A stretch of 64,000 bases of DNA, taken from contig JAVBKX010000009.1 in NCBI GenBank assembly GCA_031553835.1, positions 37,300 to 101,299 of the forward strand, written 5' to 3'. A program made the translations under genes and the position numbers. The notes beneath the pieces were generated by a model. It made no database searches. It was given only the letters and a program-made list of their open reading frames with translations, and was not told where the DNA came from. Positions 38,016-46,888 of this stretch are shown one piece after another. How positions within the stretch are numbered: position 1 is the first letter of the stretch; the number at the start of each line of letters is the position of its first letter. The DNA comes from Bacteroidales bacterium. Its GTDB lineage: Bacteria > Bacteroidota > Bacteroidia > Bacteroidales > Azobacteroidaceae.

Positions 38016-38596
38016 TGTTGTGTTTTCAGTAATTTTTTCCATTCGATTAATCCTATTATCGACATGATGCAATAAACTACAAATAGAATACTGCTTGCAT
38101 AAAGTTTTTGGTAAAAACACAGTCCGATAGAGAGAAAATCTGCAAAAATCCATACATACCAGTTTTCTACTATTTTGTGAGCTACCATCCAGGTTGCAGC
38201 AATGCTTAAGGCCGCAACGAAAGCATCGGGGCAGGGGACAGGAGAATCTGTAAAATTTTTTAATATGTAAGCAATAATGCCGGTTAATGCGATAGTAATT
38301 ACACTTAATATTATTATTGTTTTAGTATTTATATTGGTTGTTTTTATTTCTTTATTTTTTTTGTTTTTCAGAAATTTCCAACAATACAATCCATAAAATC
38401 CCATAAGCACATAATAAAAATTTAATCCCATTTGTGCATATATTTTGCTTTGAAAAAAGATGTAAACATAAAAGGAAGAACTGATAATTCCAACGATCCA
38501 CATGGTCCATTTTTGCTTGATTTCCAGCAAAATATAGATAAATGCCAGAACGACTCCGATGATTTCAATATAATTTTCCTGAATCCAGTTGCTCAT
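38012..38596 (-). CDS. PnuC-family transporter (probable thiamine-type PnuT, given the adjacent TPK)
   Basis: 194 aa, 6-7 TM segments, W-rich PnuC-like sequence. Its start overlaps the Fic stop as ATGA. Confidence 0.75.
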   Translation of the reverse strand: MSNWIQENYIEIIGVVLAFIYILLEIKQKWTMWIVGIISSSFYVYIFFQSKIYAQMGLNFYYVLMGFYGLYCWKFLKNKKNKEIKTTNINTKTIIILSVITIALTGIIAYILKNFTDSPVPCPDAFVAALSIAATWMVAHKIVENWYVWIFADFLSIGLCFYQKLYASSILFVVYCIMSIIGLIEWKKLLKTQQ

Positions 38597-39714
38597 TGTT
38601 TTATTGTGGGATTTACAGTTATAATTGGGTCGACTTTTGGGAATGTATGTTTTTCTGTTGCAAAAAGCTCGAATAATGGTTGATTGACATAGTAGTTATA
38701 CTTTCCAATCTTTTCTTTTTTCAAAAATCCTTTTATCGAAAGTTCATCGAGATATTTTGCCGCTGTAGGGCGGCTGATACTTAAATCCTGCATCATAAAA
38801 TCTATTTTAGTATATGGATGTTTAAATAGATTGTTTAGTAAATCCTGACTGTAAAAAGGAAATTGTTCGCGGATGTTGTGTTTATATTGTTGCATTAAAT
38901 TTTTTATATCCCGGATTAAACCGATTGTTTCTATTGAGATTTTTTCGATGCCATCCAGTATGAAAATTACCCATTCTTCCCATGTTTCATTTTCTCTAAT
39001 GGCTTGTAAATGCCGGTAGTATTCGGCTTTATTCCTTATAATATAGCGGCTTAAATATAAGACCGGAATTTCTAATAAATCGCTCAGAACCAAGTATAAG
39101 ATATTGATTACACGTCCTGTTCTTCCATTTCCATCATAAAATGGGTGGATGCTTTCAAATTGGAAGTGAATGATAGCCATTTTAATTAATGGGTCAAGGT
39201 CGGATAATGATTCGTCATTGATAAATGCCTCCAAGTTGGTCATCAGCTTTACAATTTCGTCATAATCCTGAGGTGGCATATAGACAGTTTCTCCTGTCAA
39301 TTGATTTTTGAGTGCTGTTCCCGGAAGTTTGCGGAATCCGGCATCATTTTTTTTCAGCTTTTCCTGAATTTTCAGAATATCTTTATTTGTCAGCATTTTT
39401 GTTTGTTTCACGATTTCAAAGCCACAGACAAGTGCTTCAACATAGGATGCAACTTCTTTCATGGCAGGACTTTTGAAATCATCTTCAAACAGTTGCGATT
39501 TGAACATTTCATCATGAGTTGTAATGATATTTTCAATGGCAGAGCTGTCTTTTGCTTCTTGAAGGGCAAGTGTATTGATTAATATGGCATGGTTGGGAAT
39601 TGTATCGGTAATTCCTTTTAATTCAGCGAGTCTTCTATGGGCTGTTGCAACTTTTTTGAGAATATTTTTTGTTTCAAAGTCGAAATCAAAAGGTAATAAT
39701 TTTAAATTTTCCAT
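38593..39714 (-). CDS. Fic-family protein (AMPylase-type active site, N-terminal inhibitory motif, C-terminal winged-helix)
   Basis: Canonical HPFYDGNGRTGR (HxFx(D/E)GNGRxxR). SSAIEN matches the (S/T)xxxE(G/N) inhibitory helix. C-terminus SRPTAAKYLDELSIKGFLKKEKIGKYNYY looks like a wHTH. Confidence 0.85.
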   Translation of the reverse strand: MENLKLLPFDFDFETKNILKKVATAHRRLAELKGITDTIPNHAILINTLALQEAKDSSAIENIITTHDEMFKSQLFEDDFKSPAMKEVASYVEALVCGFEIVKQTKMLTNKDILKIQEKLKKNDAGFRKLPGTALKNQLTGETVYMPPQDYDEIVKLMTNLEAFINDESLSDLDPLIKMAIIHFQFESIHPFYDGNGRTGRVINILYLVLSDLLEIPVLYLSRYIIRNKAEYYRHLQAIRENETWEEWVIFILDGIEKISIETIGLIRDIKNLMQQYKHNIREQFPFYSQDLLNNLFKHPYTKIDFMMQDLSISRPTAAKYLDELSIKGFLKKEKIGKYNYYVNQPLFELFATEKHTFPKVDPIITVNPTIKQ

Positions 39715-39766
39715 ACAGAAGCTTTTTTGTGCATGTAAAGTAAATCAAAATTTGTTTATGTATCAA

Positions 39767-39884
39767 TATTCTCATGTAAAAGAAATACGATTTTTTTTAT
39801 ATGAACCTATTCTCATGTAAAAAGAATGCGATTTTTTTTACATATAAATGATTTTGTAAAAAGAAAATGCGATTATTTTTACAC
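39767..39884. repeat. Three tandem ~42-bp AT-rich repeats, each with a TGTAAAAA...TTTTTACA hairpin
   Basis: Copy 1: 39767-39807 (TATTCTCATGTAAAAGAAATACGATTTTTTTTATATGAACC). Copy 2: 39809-39854 (TATTCTCATGTAAAAAGAATGCGATTTTTTTTACAT...). Partial copy 3: 39855-39884, overlapping the HAD gene stop. Confidence 0.8.
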
Positions 39885-40550
39885 GAATTTGTCTTGATTA
39901 AATAATGACAATAAATCTGTAGGAAAATCGATAATCATTTTTGCTCCCCCTTCCTGCAATTCCTGCCGGGTTCTGAATCCCCAGGTTACTCCTACAGAAA
40001 ACATACCGGAAGCATTGGCTGTTTTCATGTCGATATTTGTGTCTCCTAAATATAAGAATTTTTCAGTATTTATATTCAATTGTTTTGAAATATAAAGAGC
40101 TGCATTTGGAGCCGGTTTTCGGGGAAAATTTTCGGTTGCTCCCAGGATGATATCAAAATGCCATTGGGAAAGCAATCTGTTACAGATTTTTTTTGTGATT
40201 TCATCTGCTTTGTTAGAAAGCACGGCAAGTTTCATCTTATTGAGAACCAGAAAATCCAACAATTCGCTGATTCCGTTGTATAAATGAGTCTTATCTGCAT
40301 AATGTTTTCCATATTCTTCCATCATGGCGGATAAACAATGAGTTGCTTTTTCTTCTGTTTTTTCTCCTTCCGGTAAGCAATTATATACCAGGTTTTTAAG
40401 TCCATTTCCTACAAAATATTTATAGGCTTCGTAGCTGTAAGTCGGATATCCAAACCGGAGTAAGATATTGTTCATCGAATCGGCAATATCTGTCAACGAA
40501 TCCACTAATGTTCCGTCTAAATCAAAAATAACTGCTTGATAATTTTTCAT
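39879..40550 (-). CDS. HAD-superfamily hydrolase (phosphoglycolate phosphatase-like)
   Basis: Trimmed to the ATG at 40550 (MKNYQAVIFDLDGTLVDS). DxDGT motif and C-terminal GDTNIDMKTA. Confidence 0.8.
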   Translation of the reverse strand: MKNYQAVIFDLDGTLVDSLTDIADSMNNILLRFGYPTYSYEAYKYFVGNGLKNLVYNCLPEGEKTEEKATHCLSAMMEEYGKHYADKTHLYNGISELLDFLVLNKMKLAVLSNKADEITKKICNRLLSQWHFDIILGATENFPRKPAPNAALYISKQLNINTEKFLYLGDTNIDMKTANASGMFSVGVTWGFRTRQELQEGGAKMIIDFPTDLLSLFNQDKFV

Positions 40551-40573
40551 TGCTAATTTTTTCAAGGAAACCA

Positions 40574-40581
40574 CAAAATTA
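40574..40581 (-). promoter_or_regulatory. -7 box TAATTTTG upstream of the HAD hydrolase gene
   Basis: The reverse complement of CAAAATTA matches TAnnTTTG, 24 nt upstream of the ATG at 40550. Confidence 0.4.
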
Positions 40582-40584
40582 TAT

Positions 40585-40592
40585 TATTTTTG
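40585..40592 (+). promoter_or_regulatory. -7 box TATTTTTG upstream of the nucleoside-recognition membrane protein gene
   Basis: Matches TAnnTTTG, 39 nt before the ATG at 40631. Confidence 0.4.
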
Positions 40593-40630
40593 TCAGTCAG
40601 AGAAATCTTTAATTTTTATTTTGTAATCTT

Positions 40631-41863
40631 ATGGTTCTCAATTATATCTGGATCGCTTTTTTCCTCATCGCTTTTGTTATAGGAATTTGTAAAGTATTGG
40701 TTACCGGCGATATGAATGTTTTTACTGCTATGATGCAGGCTACATTTGATTCTGCAAGGACGGCTTTTGAAATATCGTTGGGATTGACAGGAGTATTGTC
40801 TCTTTGGCTTGGATTTATGAAAATTGGCGAAAAAGGGGGGATGGTCAATTTTTTAGCTCGTATTGGCGCTCCTGTTTTTAGTCGCTTGTTTCCTGATATT
40901 CCGAAAGGACATCCTGCTATCGGTTCGATTTTTATGAACATTGCTGCCAATATGTTAAATTTGGATAATGCGGCAACTCCCCTTGGTTTGAAAGCGATGA
41001 AAGAAATGCAGGAGTTGAATCATAACAAAGATACGGCAACCAATCCGATGATTATGTTTTTGGTGCTGAATGCTTCTGGCTTGACACTTATTCCGGTTAC
41101 TATTATGGTTTACCGGGCACAACAGGGCGCAGCTAATCCTTCCGATATTTTTATTCCCTTAATGATTGCCACTTTTATAGCTACTTTAGCCGGGGCTTTT
41201 TATGTTTGTATTCGCCAGAAAATCAACTTATTGGATAAAGTATTGTTAGGCTTTTTTGGCGGGATGATTGCTTTTATAGCTTTGGTGCTTTGGTTGTTTC
41301 GCTCCATGCCCCAGGAACAAATTGCTACTTATTCAGGTCTGATTGCGAACTTTTTGCTATTGTCTATTATTGTTGCTTTTATTGTTTCGGGAATTCGAAA
41401 AAAAGTCAATGTTTATGAAGCATTTATTGAAGGAGCGAAAGATGGTTTTAAAACAGCAGTCATGATTATTCCTTATTTAGTGGCCATGTTGGTTGCTATT
41501 GCGCTTTTCCGCGCTTCGGGAGCAATGGATTTTTTAATTTCCGGAGTTTCTTCTGTTGTTGCCTGGTGTGGATTCAATACAGATTTTGTTCCTGCATTGC
41601 CGACAGCTATTATGAAACCCTTGAGTGGGAGTGGAGCGCGGGGAATGATGTTGGATGCTATGGGTACTTATGGCGCTGATTCTTTTGTAGGACGCTTGGC
41701 CAGTGTTTTTCAGGGATCAACCGATACTACTTTTTATTTAGTTGCTGTATATTATGGTGCTGTGAATATTAAAAATACACGATATACGGTTACAGGATCT
41801 TTATTGGCAGATTTGGCCGGAGTGATTGCTGCTATTTTTGTCTGCTATTTGTTTTTTCATTAA
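40631..41863 (+). CDS. Nucleoside-recognition domain membrane protein (SpmA/SpmB-like fusion)
   Basis: 410-aa polytopic protein. N-terminus MVLNYIWIAFFLIAF and the AANMLNLDNAATPLGLKAM pattern are typical of this family. Confidence 0.7.
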   Translation: MVLNYIWIAFFLIAFVIGICKVLVTGDMNVFTAMMQATFDSARTAFEISLGLTGVLSLWLGFMKIGEKGGMVNFLARIGAPVFSRLFPDIPKGHPAIGSIFMNIAANMLNLDNAATPLGLKAMKEMQELNHNKDTATNPMIMFLVLNASGLTLIPVTIMVYRAQQGAANPSDIFIPLMIATFIATLAGAFYVCIRQKINLLDKVLLGFFGGMIAFIALVLWLFRSMPQEQIATYSGLIANFLLLSIIVAFIVSGIRKKVNVYEAFIEGAKDGFKTAVMIIPYLVAMLVAIALFRASGAMDFLISGVSSVVAWCGFNTDFVPALPTAIMKPLSGSGARGMMLDAMGTYGADSFVGRLASVFQGSTDTTFYLVAVYYGAVNIKNTRYTVTGSLLADLAGVIAAIFVCYLFFH

Positions 41864-41905
41864 CTTGTAAGCTGCCACTCGCACTCGTAACTGAAAAATT
41901 AATCG

Positions 41906-41913
41906 TACCTTTG
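41906..41913 (+). promoter_or_regulatory. -7 box TACCTTTG upstream of ybeY
   Basis: Matches TAnnTTTG. It is followed by an 11-bp perfect inverted repeat, TGCTTGCAAAT (41912-41922) / ATTTGCAAGCA (41930-41940). Confidence 0.4.
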
Positions 41914-41952
41914 CTTGCAAATTAAATGTATTTGCAAGCATTTTTTTATTTT

Positions 41953-42372
41953 ATGCCAATAACTTATCAAACGGAAGGAACTACACTTCCAAACATCAAA
42001 CGTAGAGAAACAAATATTTGGATTAAGCAAGTTGCTCATCTTTATGGAAAAGAAGTGGATGAAATTGCGTATATTTTTTGTTCTGACGAAGTCATTTTAG
42101 AGATGAACAAACAATATTTGCAGCACGATTATTATACTGATATTATTACTTTTGATTATTCTGCAAATGGTACGATTTCCGGAGATATTTTCATTTCTGT
42201 GGATACTGTAAAATCCAATTCTGTAAAATTTGGTACAGATTTTTCTAATGAATTGTATCGTGTCATTATTCACGGAATTCTTCATTTGTGCGGTTTAAAA
42301 GATGGTACGGAAGAAGAAGAAGCCATGATGCGGGAAAAAGAAAATGATGCTTTGCGTTTAAGAGAAGAATAG
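41953..42372 (+). CDS. ybeY: rRNA maturation endoribonuclease YbeY
   Basis: Trimmed to the ATG at 41953 (MPITYQTEG). Zinc motif HGILHLCG. Confidence 0.85.
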   Translation: MPITYQTEGTTLPNIKRRETNIWIKQVAHLYGKEVDEIAYIFCSDEVILEMNKQYLQHDYYTDIITFDYSANGTISGDIFISVDTVKSNSVKFGTDFSNELYRVIIHGILHLCGLKDGTEEEEAMMREKENDALRLREE

Positions 42373-42381
42373 GAGAGGGAT

Positions 42382-44256
42382 ATGACGTTTCATTATGATG
42401 TAATTGTTGTCGGAGCCGGCCATGCAGGATGCGATGCCGCCGTTGCCGCCGCTAATTTGGGTTCTAAAACATTGCTGATAACAATGGATATGAATAAAAT
42501 AGCCCAAATGAGTTGTAATCCGGCAGTTGGAGGAATTGCAAAAGGGCAGATTGTTCGTGAAATTGATGCTTTAGGCGGACAAATGGGAATTGTAACCGAT
42601 AGAACGGCGATTCAATTCCGGATGTTGAACCGATCAAAAGGCCCTGCAATGTGGAGTCCGCGGGCGCAAAGCGACCGTGCCCGTTTTCTCGAAACCTGGC
42701 GAATGAGGATTGATCAAACTCCGAATTTGTCTGTTTGGCAAGATACCGTAACCGAATTATTGATTGAAAATAAAACGGTTTGTGGTGTGAAAACTGCTTT
42801 AGGTGTTGAATTTTCTTCAAAAACAGTTGTTCTAACTGTCGGTACTTTTTTGAACGGATTACTTCATATCGGAAAAACACAATTGCGTGGCGGTCGCATT
42901 TCAGAACCTGCTTCTTATGGAATTACAGAGCAATTGGTTTCTTTGGACTTTTCTGCTGATCGAATGAAAACAGGAACTCCTGTTAGAATTGATGGAAGAA
43001 GTGTTGATTTTTCCTTGATGGAAGAGCAACCCGGTGAAACGGATTTTCATAAATTTTCTTTTATGAATTATCCATCTCGCCCATTAAAGCAGTTGAGTTG
43101 TTGGACTACTTATACAAATGAGCAAACTCATAATATATTGCGTGATGGATTGGTCGATTCTCCTCTTTATAATGGGCAGATTCAGAGTATAGGACCTCGT
43201 TATTGTCCGAGTATTGAAACCAAAATTGTCACTTTTGCAGATAAATTGCAACATCAGTTATTTTTGGAGCCGGAAGGAGAAAATACACAGGAGTATTATT
43301 TGAATGGATTTTCTTCTTCATTGCCTTTGGCTACACAGTTGAATGCATTGCAAACAATTCCTGCATTTCGAAATATTCAGATTTATCGTCCGGGGTATGC
43401 CATTGAATATGATTTTTTTGATCCTACTCAATTGACTCATACATTGGAAACGAAGCAAATTAAAAATTTGTTTTTTGCCGGACAAATTAATGGGACTACG
43501 GGTTATGAAGAAGCAGGCGCTCAAGGTTTGATGGCCGGAATTAATGCGCATATTCAAACTCATGGGGGAGAAGATTTTGTATTAGGTCGCGATGAGGCGT
43601 ATATTGGAGTGCTTATTGACGATTTGGTTACAAAAGGTGTGGATGAACCTTATCGAATGTTTACTTCCCGTGCAGAATATCGTATTTTGTTGCGTCAGGA
43701 TGATGCGGATATGCGATTGACGGAAAAATCATATCAATTGGGATTAGCTTCTTCTGCCCGGTATAATCTTTTGCTTGAGAAGCGAAGTGAAATTTCCCGA
43801 ATTGTGGATTTTGTAAATTCTTATTCTGTAAAGGCTGATTATGTTAATGCTGGTTTGGAAGAATTTGGAACTGTTCCTTTGAAACGAGGCGTAAAATTAA
43901 TTGATTTAGTGTTGCGTCCACAATTGGATTTGCAAAAATTATCAGAATTGATTCCCGCTTTGCGTGAACAATTGGAATTAGTTCCTGATCGGAAAGAAGA
44001 AATTATTGAAGCTGCTGAGATTTTGATGAAGTATAATGGCTATATTGAAAGGGAAAAATTGATAGCGGATAAGATTAATAGATTGGAAGGTGTTAAAATT
44101 AAAGGAAAATTTGATTATGGCACGATTCAATCTTTGTCAACCGAAGCAAAACAAAAGCTGAGCCGAATAGATCCGGAGACAATTGCTCAGGCAAGTCGGA
44201 TTCCAGGGGTTTCTCCAAATGATATAAATGTTTTGTTGGTTTTGTTGGGGCGATAA
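42382..44256 (+). CDS. mnmG: tRNA uridine-5-carboxymethylaminomethyl modification enzyme MnmG (GidA)
   Basis: 624 aa with FAD motif YDVIVVGAGHAGCDAA and the GidA pattern MSCNPAVGGIAKGQIVREIDALGG. Confidence 0.95.
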   Translation: MTFHYDVIVVGAGHAGCDAAVAAANLGSKTLLITMDMNKIAQMSCNPAVGGIAKGQIVREIDALGGQMGIVTDRTAIQFRMLNRSKGPAMWSPRAQSDRARFLETWRMRIDQTPNLSVWQDTVTELLIENKTVCGVKTALGVEFSSKTVVLTVGTFLNGLLHIGKTQLRGGRISEPASYGITEQLVSLDFSADRMKTGTPVRIDGRSVDFSLMEEQPGETDFHKFSFMNYPSRPLKQLSCWTTYTNEQTHNILRDGLVDSPLYNGQIQSIGPRYCPSIETKIVTFADKLQHQLFLEPEGENTQEYYLNGFSSSLPLATQLNALQTIPAFRNIQIYRPGYAIEYDFFDPTQLTHTLETKQIKNLFFAGQINGTTGYEEAGAQGLMAGINAHIQTHGGEDFVLGRDEAYIGVLIDDLVTKGVDEPYRMFTSRAEYRILLRQDDADMRLTEKSYQLGLASSARYNLLLEKRSEISRIVDFVNSYSVKADYVNAGLEEFGTVPLKRGVKLIDLVLRPQLDLQKLSELIPALREQLELVPDRKEEIIEAAEILMKYNGYIEREKLIADKINRLEGVKIKGKFDYGTIQSLSTEAKQKLSRIDPETIAQASRIPGVSPNDINVLLVLLGR

Positions 44257-44319
44257 AATTGTGTTCCACGTGGAACAAATTGCGAAATTGGGGAAAATAA
44301 ATTTAAAATAATACTGTAA

Positions 44320-44862
44320 ATGAGTGAATTTGAGATTGTTGAGCGATTGAAGAGTTCTGTTCGGAACATTTCGGACTTCCCGAAGCCAGGTATTCAGTTC
44401 AAAGATGTGACAACAATGTTTAAAAATGCTGCATGTTTGTCTGATTTGTCTGATTTGTTGTACGAGATGTATAAAGACAAAGGAATAACAAAGATTGTCG
44501 GGATTGAATCGCGCGGATTTATAATGGGGCCGATTTTGGCAACGAGATTGAATATCGGATTTGTTCCGATTCGTAAGCCTCACAAATTGCCCGCAGCTGT
44601 TTTTGAAGAATCTTATGAAAAAGAATATGGAATAGATTCAATTCAGATTCATCAGGATGCATTAACGGAAAATGATATTGTGCTGTTGCATGATGATTTG
44701 TTGGCGACGGGAGGAACTATGCTTGCCGCTTGTCGATTAATGAAGCGGTTCAATCCCCGGAAAATTTATGTGAATTTCCTGATCGAATTGGAAGACCTGA
44801 ATGGGAGAGAACATTTTGATCCGGATATTGAAGTGAAATCAATTCTTAAATATCCTATATAA
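44320..44862 (+). CDS. apt: Adenine phosphoribosyltransferase
   Basis: 180 aa with FPKPGIQFKDVTTMF and PRPP motif VLLHDDLLATGGT. Confidence 0.9.
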   Translation: MSEFEIVERLKSSVRNISDFPKPGIQFKDVTTMFKNAACLSDLSDLLYEMYKDKGITKIVGIESRGFIMGPILATRLNIGFVPIRKPHKLPAAVFEESYEKEYGIDSIQIHQDALTENDIVLLHDDLLATGGTMLAACRLMKRFNPRKIYVNFLIELEDLNGREHFDPDIEVKSILKYPI

Positions 44863-44919
44863 TTAATGGTATATAATATTTATAAGAAAAATAATATAAC
44901 CTGTTTGTAAAATGTACTT

Positions 44920-46743
44920 ATGAATTCTGAATTGAAAAATATTGCCCCGAATTTGGCTCAAATTCTGTCTTCGATGCCGGATAGCCCCGGGTGTTATATT
45001 TTCTTGGATGAAAACGGGACAATTCTTTATATTGGCAAGGCCAAAAACTTGAAAAAACGAGTTTCATCTTATTTTAATAAAAACCATCCTTATCCCAAAA
45101 CCCGGGTGTTGGTAAAAAAAATACGCAACATCCAATATGTAGTTGTCGAGTCGGAAAGCGATGCGCTGTTACTCGAAAATAACATGATCAAAGAGCATCA
45201 GCCTCGATATAATATCATGTTAAAAGATGATAAAACGTATCCCTGGATCGTCGTGAAAAATGAACCCTTCCCCCGTGTTTTTCTTACCCGGAATAAAGTG
45301 AATGATAAATCAACGTATTATGGGCCTTATCCTTCTGTGGGAACAGTAAAACTATTGCTGAAGTTGATAACTGAACTGTATCCGATCCGGACCTGCCGTT
45401 ATCCGTTGACAAAGGAAAATATTGCTGCAAAAAAATTCAAAGTTTGTTTACAATATCATATCAAAAAATGTTTGGGCCCTTGCGAAGGATTACAGTCGGA
45501 AGCTGATTACAATCAGAATATTTTATTTGTTCATGAAATATTGAAAGGGAATATTCATGCTATAAGCAAACATCTGTATGATGAGATGCAACGTTTTGCT
45601 GCGGAACTGCGTTTTGAAGAAGCTGAACTGCTGAAGAAAAAATACCGATTGATTGAAAATTATAAAGCAAAATCTGTAGTTGTCAATACGAAATTGACGA
45701 ATATTGATGTTTTCACTTTCGATCAATCCGATGATAATGATGCAGTATATATCAATTATCTGCATATTAGCTCCGGAGTCATCGTCAGAGGATATACCAT
45801 TGAATATAAAATACGAATGGATGAAACCCGGGAAGAAATATTAGCCTTGGGAATCCTGGAATTGAGAAGCCGGTTTGAAAGTCAGGCAAAATTAGTAATT
45901 GTTCCATTCCTGCCGGAGATAGAATTGGAAGGAGTGGAATTCCTTATCCCGCAACGAGGCGATAAAAAGAAGTTGCTCGAATTGTCGGAAAAAAATGTAA
46001 AACAATATAAATTGGATCTGCAAAAACAAGCGGAAAAATTGAATCCGGAACAACGGGGCGTTCGGGTTTTGTTGACCTTGCAGAAAGATTTGCAGTTGAG
46101 CGAGCTGCCACTACATATTGAGTGTTTTGATACTTCAAATATTCAGGGAACAAATCCGGTTGCTGCATGTGTCGTTTTTAAAAAAGGAAAACCTTCAAAA
46201 CGAGATTACCGGCATTTTAATATTAAGACAGTTGTTGGCCCCAATGATTTTGCATCCATGCATGAAATTGTTACCCGCCGGTATAGCCGGATGCTTGCCG
46301 AAGAGGAATCGCTTCCGCAATTGATCGTTGTAGATGGAGGAAAGGGACAATTGAGTGTTGCGACCGATGCCTTGAAAACGTTGGGACTTTATGGTAAAAT
46401 TGCAATCATTGGGATTGCAGAGCGATTGGAGGAAATATATTTCCCAAATGATCCGGTACCTTTATATCTTGATAAAAATTCGGAAAGCCTCAAATTGATT
46501 CAGCATTTGCGCGATGAAGCGCATCGTTTTGGAATTACTTTTCATCGGCAAAAAAGAAGCAAACAACAAATCGAATCGGAGTTAGATCATATTAAAGGAA
46601 TAGGGGAGACGCTCAAAACAAAATTGCTGATAAAGTACAAAAGTGTGAGCCAACTCAAAAAGGCTCCTTTCGATGAAGTGGCTAATTTAATTGGCAGGAA
46701 AAAAGCAGAAGTGTTGTTTGCCGGTTTGTCAATTGCTCGTTGA
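44920..46743 (+). CDS. uvrC: Excinuclease ABC subunit C
   Basis: GIY-YIG motif (GCYIFLDENGTILYIGKAKNLKKRVSSYF), UVR-like region, and a C-terminal endonuclease plus HhH region. Confidence 0.93.
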   Translation: MNSELKNIAPNLAQILSSMPDSPGCYIFLDENGTILYIGKAKNLKKRVSSYFNKNHPYPKTRVLVKKIRNIQYVVVESESDALLLENNMIKEHQPRYNIMLKDDKTYPWIVVKNEPFPRVFLTRNKVNDKSTYYGPYPSVGTVKLLLKLITELYPIRTCRYPLTKENIAAKKFKVCLQYHIKKCLGPCEGLQSEADYNQNILFVHEILKGNIHAISKHLYDEMQRFAAELRFEEAELLKKKYRLIENYKAKSVVVNTKLTNIDVFTFDQSDDNDAVYINYLHISSGVIVRGYTIEYKIRMDETREEILALGILELRSRFESQAKLVIVPFLPEIELEGVEFLIPQRGDKKKLLELSEKNVKQYKLDLQKQAEKLNPEQRGVRVLLTLQKDLQLSELPLHIECFDTSNIQGTNPVAACVVFKKGKPSKRDYRHFNIKTVVGPNDFASMHEIVTRRYSRMLAEEESLPQLIVVDGGKGQLSVATDALKTLGLYGKIAIIGIAERLEEIYFPNDPVPLYLDKNSESLKLIQHLRDEAHRFGITFHRQKRSKQQIESELDHIKGIGETLKTKLLIKYKSVSQLKKAPFDEVANLIGRKKAEVLFAGLSIAR

Positions 46744-46845
46744 TTGAATACAATACAGTGCGGCACGCGGCGCGCCTAATCTGTGTCATCCGTGTGCCAT
46801 CAAATTCCTAAAATTATGTGTTGTACTTTTCTGCAAAAAAAGAAT

Positions 46846-46853
46846 TATCTTTG
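46846..46853 (+). promoter_or_regulatory. -7 box TATCTTTG upstream of the 46889 gene
   Basis: Matches TAnnTTTG, with TTG at 46821-46823 about 25 nt upstream (candidate -33). Confidence 0.4.
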
Positions 46854-46888
46854 CATGATTTTGAAACTTTCAAAAGAAAATAGAAATA

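Noticed and set aside
38016-38153. Upstream extension of the thiamine pyrophosphokinase ORF, overlapping 140 nt of the pnuC-family gene.
   Set aside because: An ATG at 38015 gives a normal-length TPK and a classic ATGA overlap with the pnuC stop. The extension has no TPK-like sequence.
39715-39878. Possible TPP riboswitch or CRISPR-like array upstream of the Fic-pnuC-TPK operon.
   Set aside because: No THI-box hallmarks were found on either strand. The repeats are only three AT-rich tandem copies with no unique spacers, so this is not a CRISPR array.
44137-44583. Minus-strand 148-aa ORF spanning the mnmG end and the apt start.
   Set aside because: It overlaps two confidently identified plus-strand genes and the intergenic palindrome, and it has no recognisable domain.
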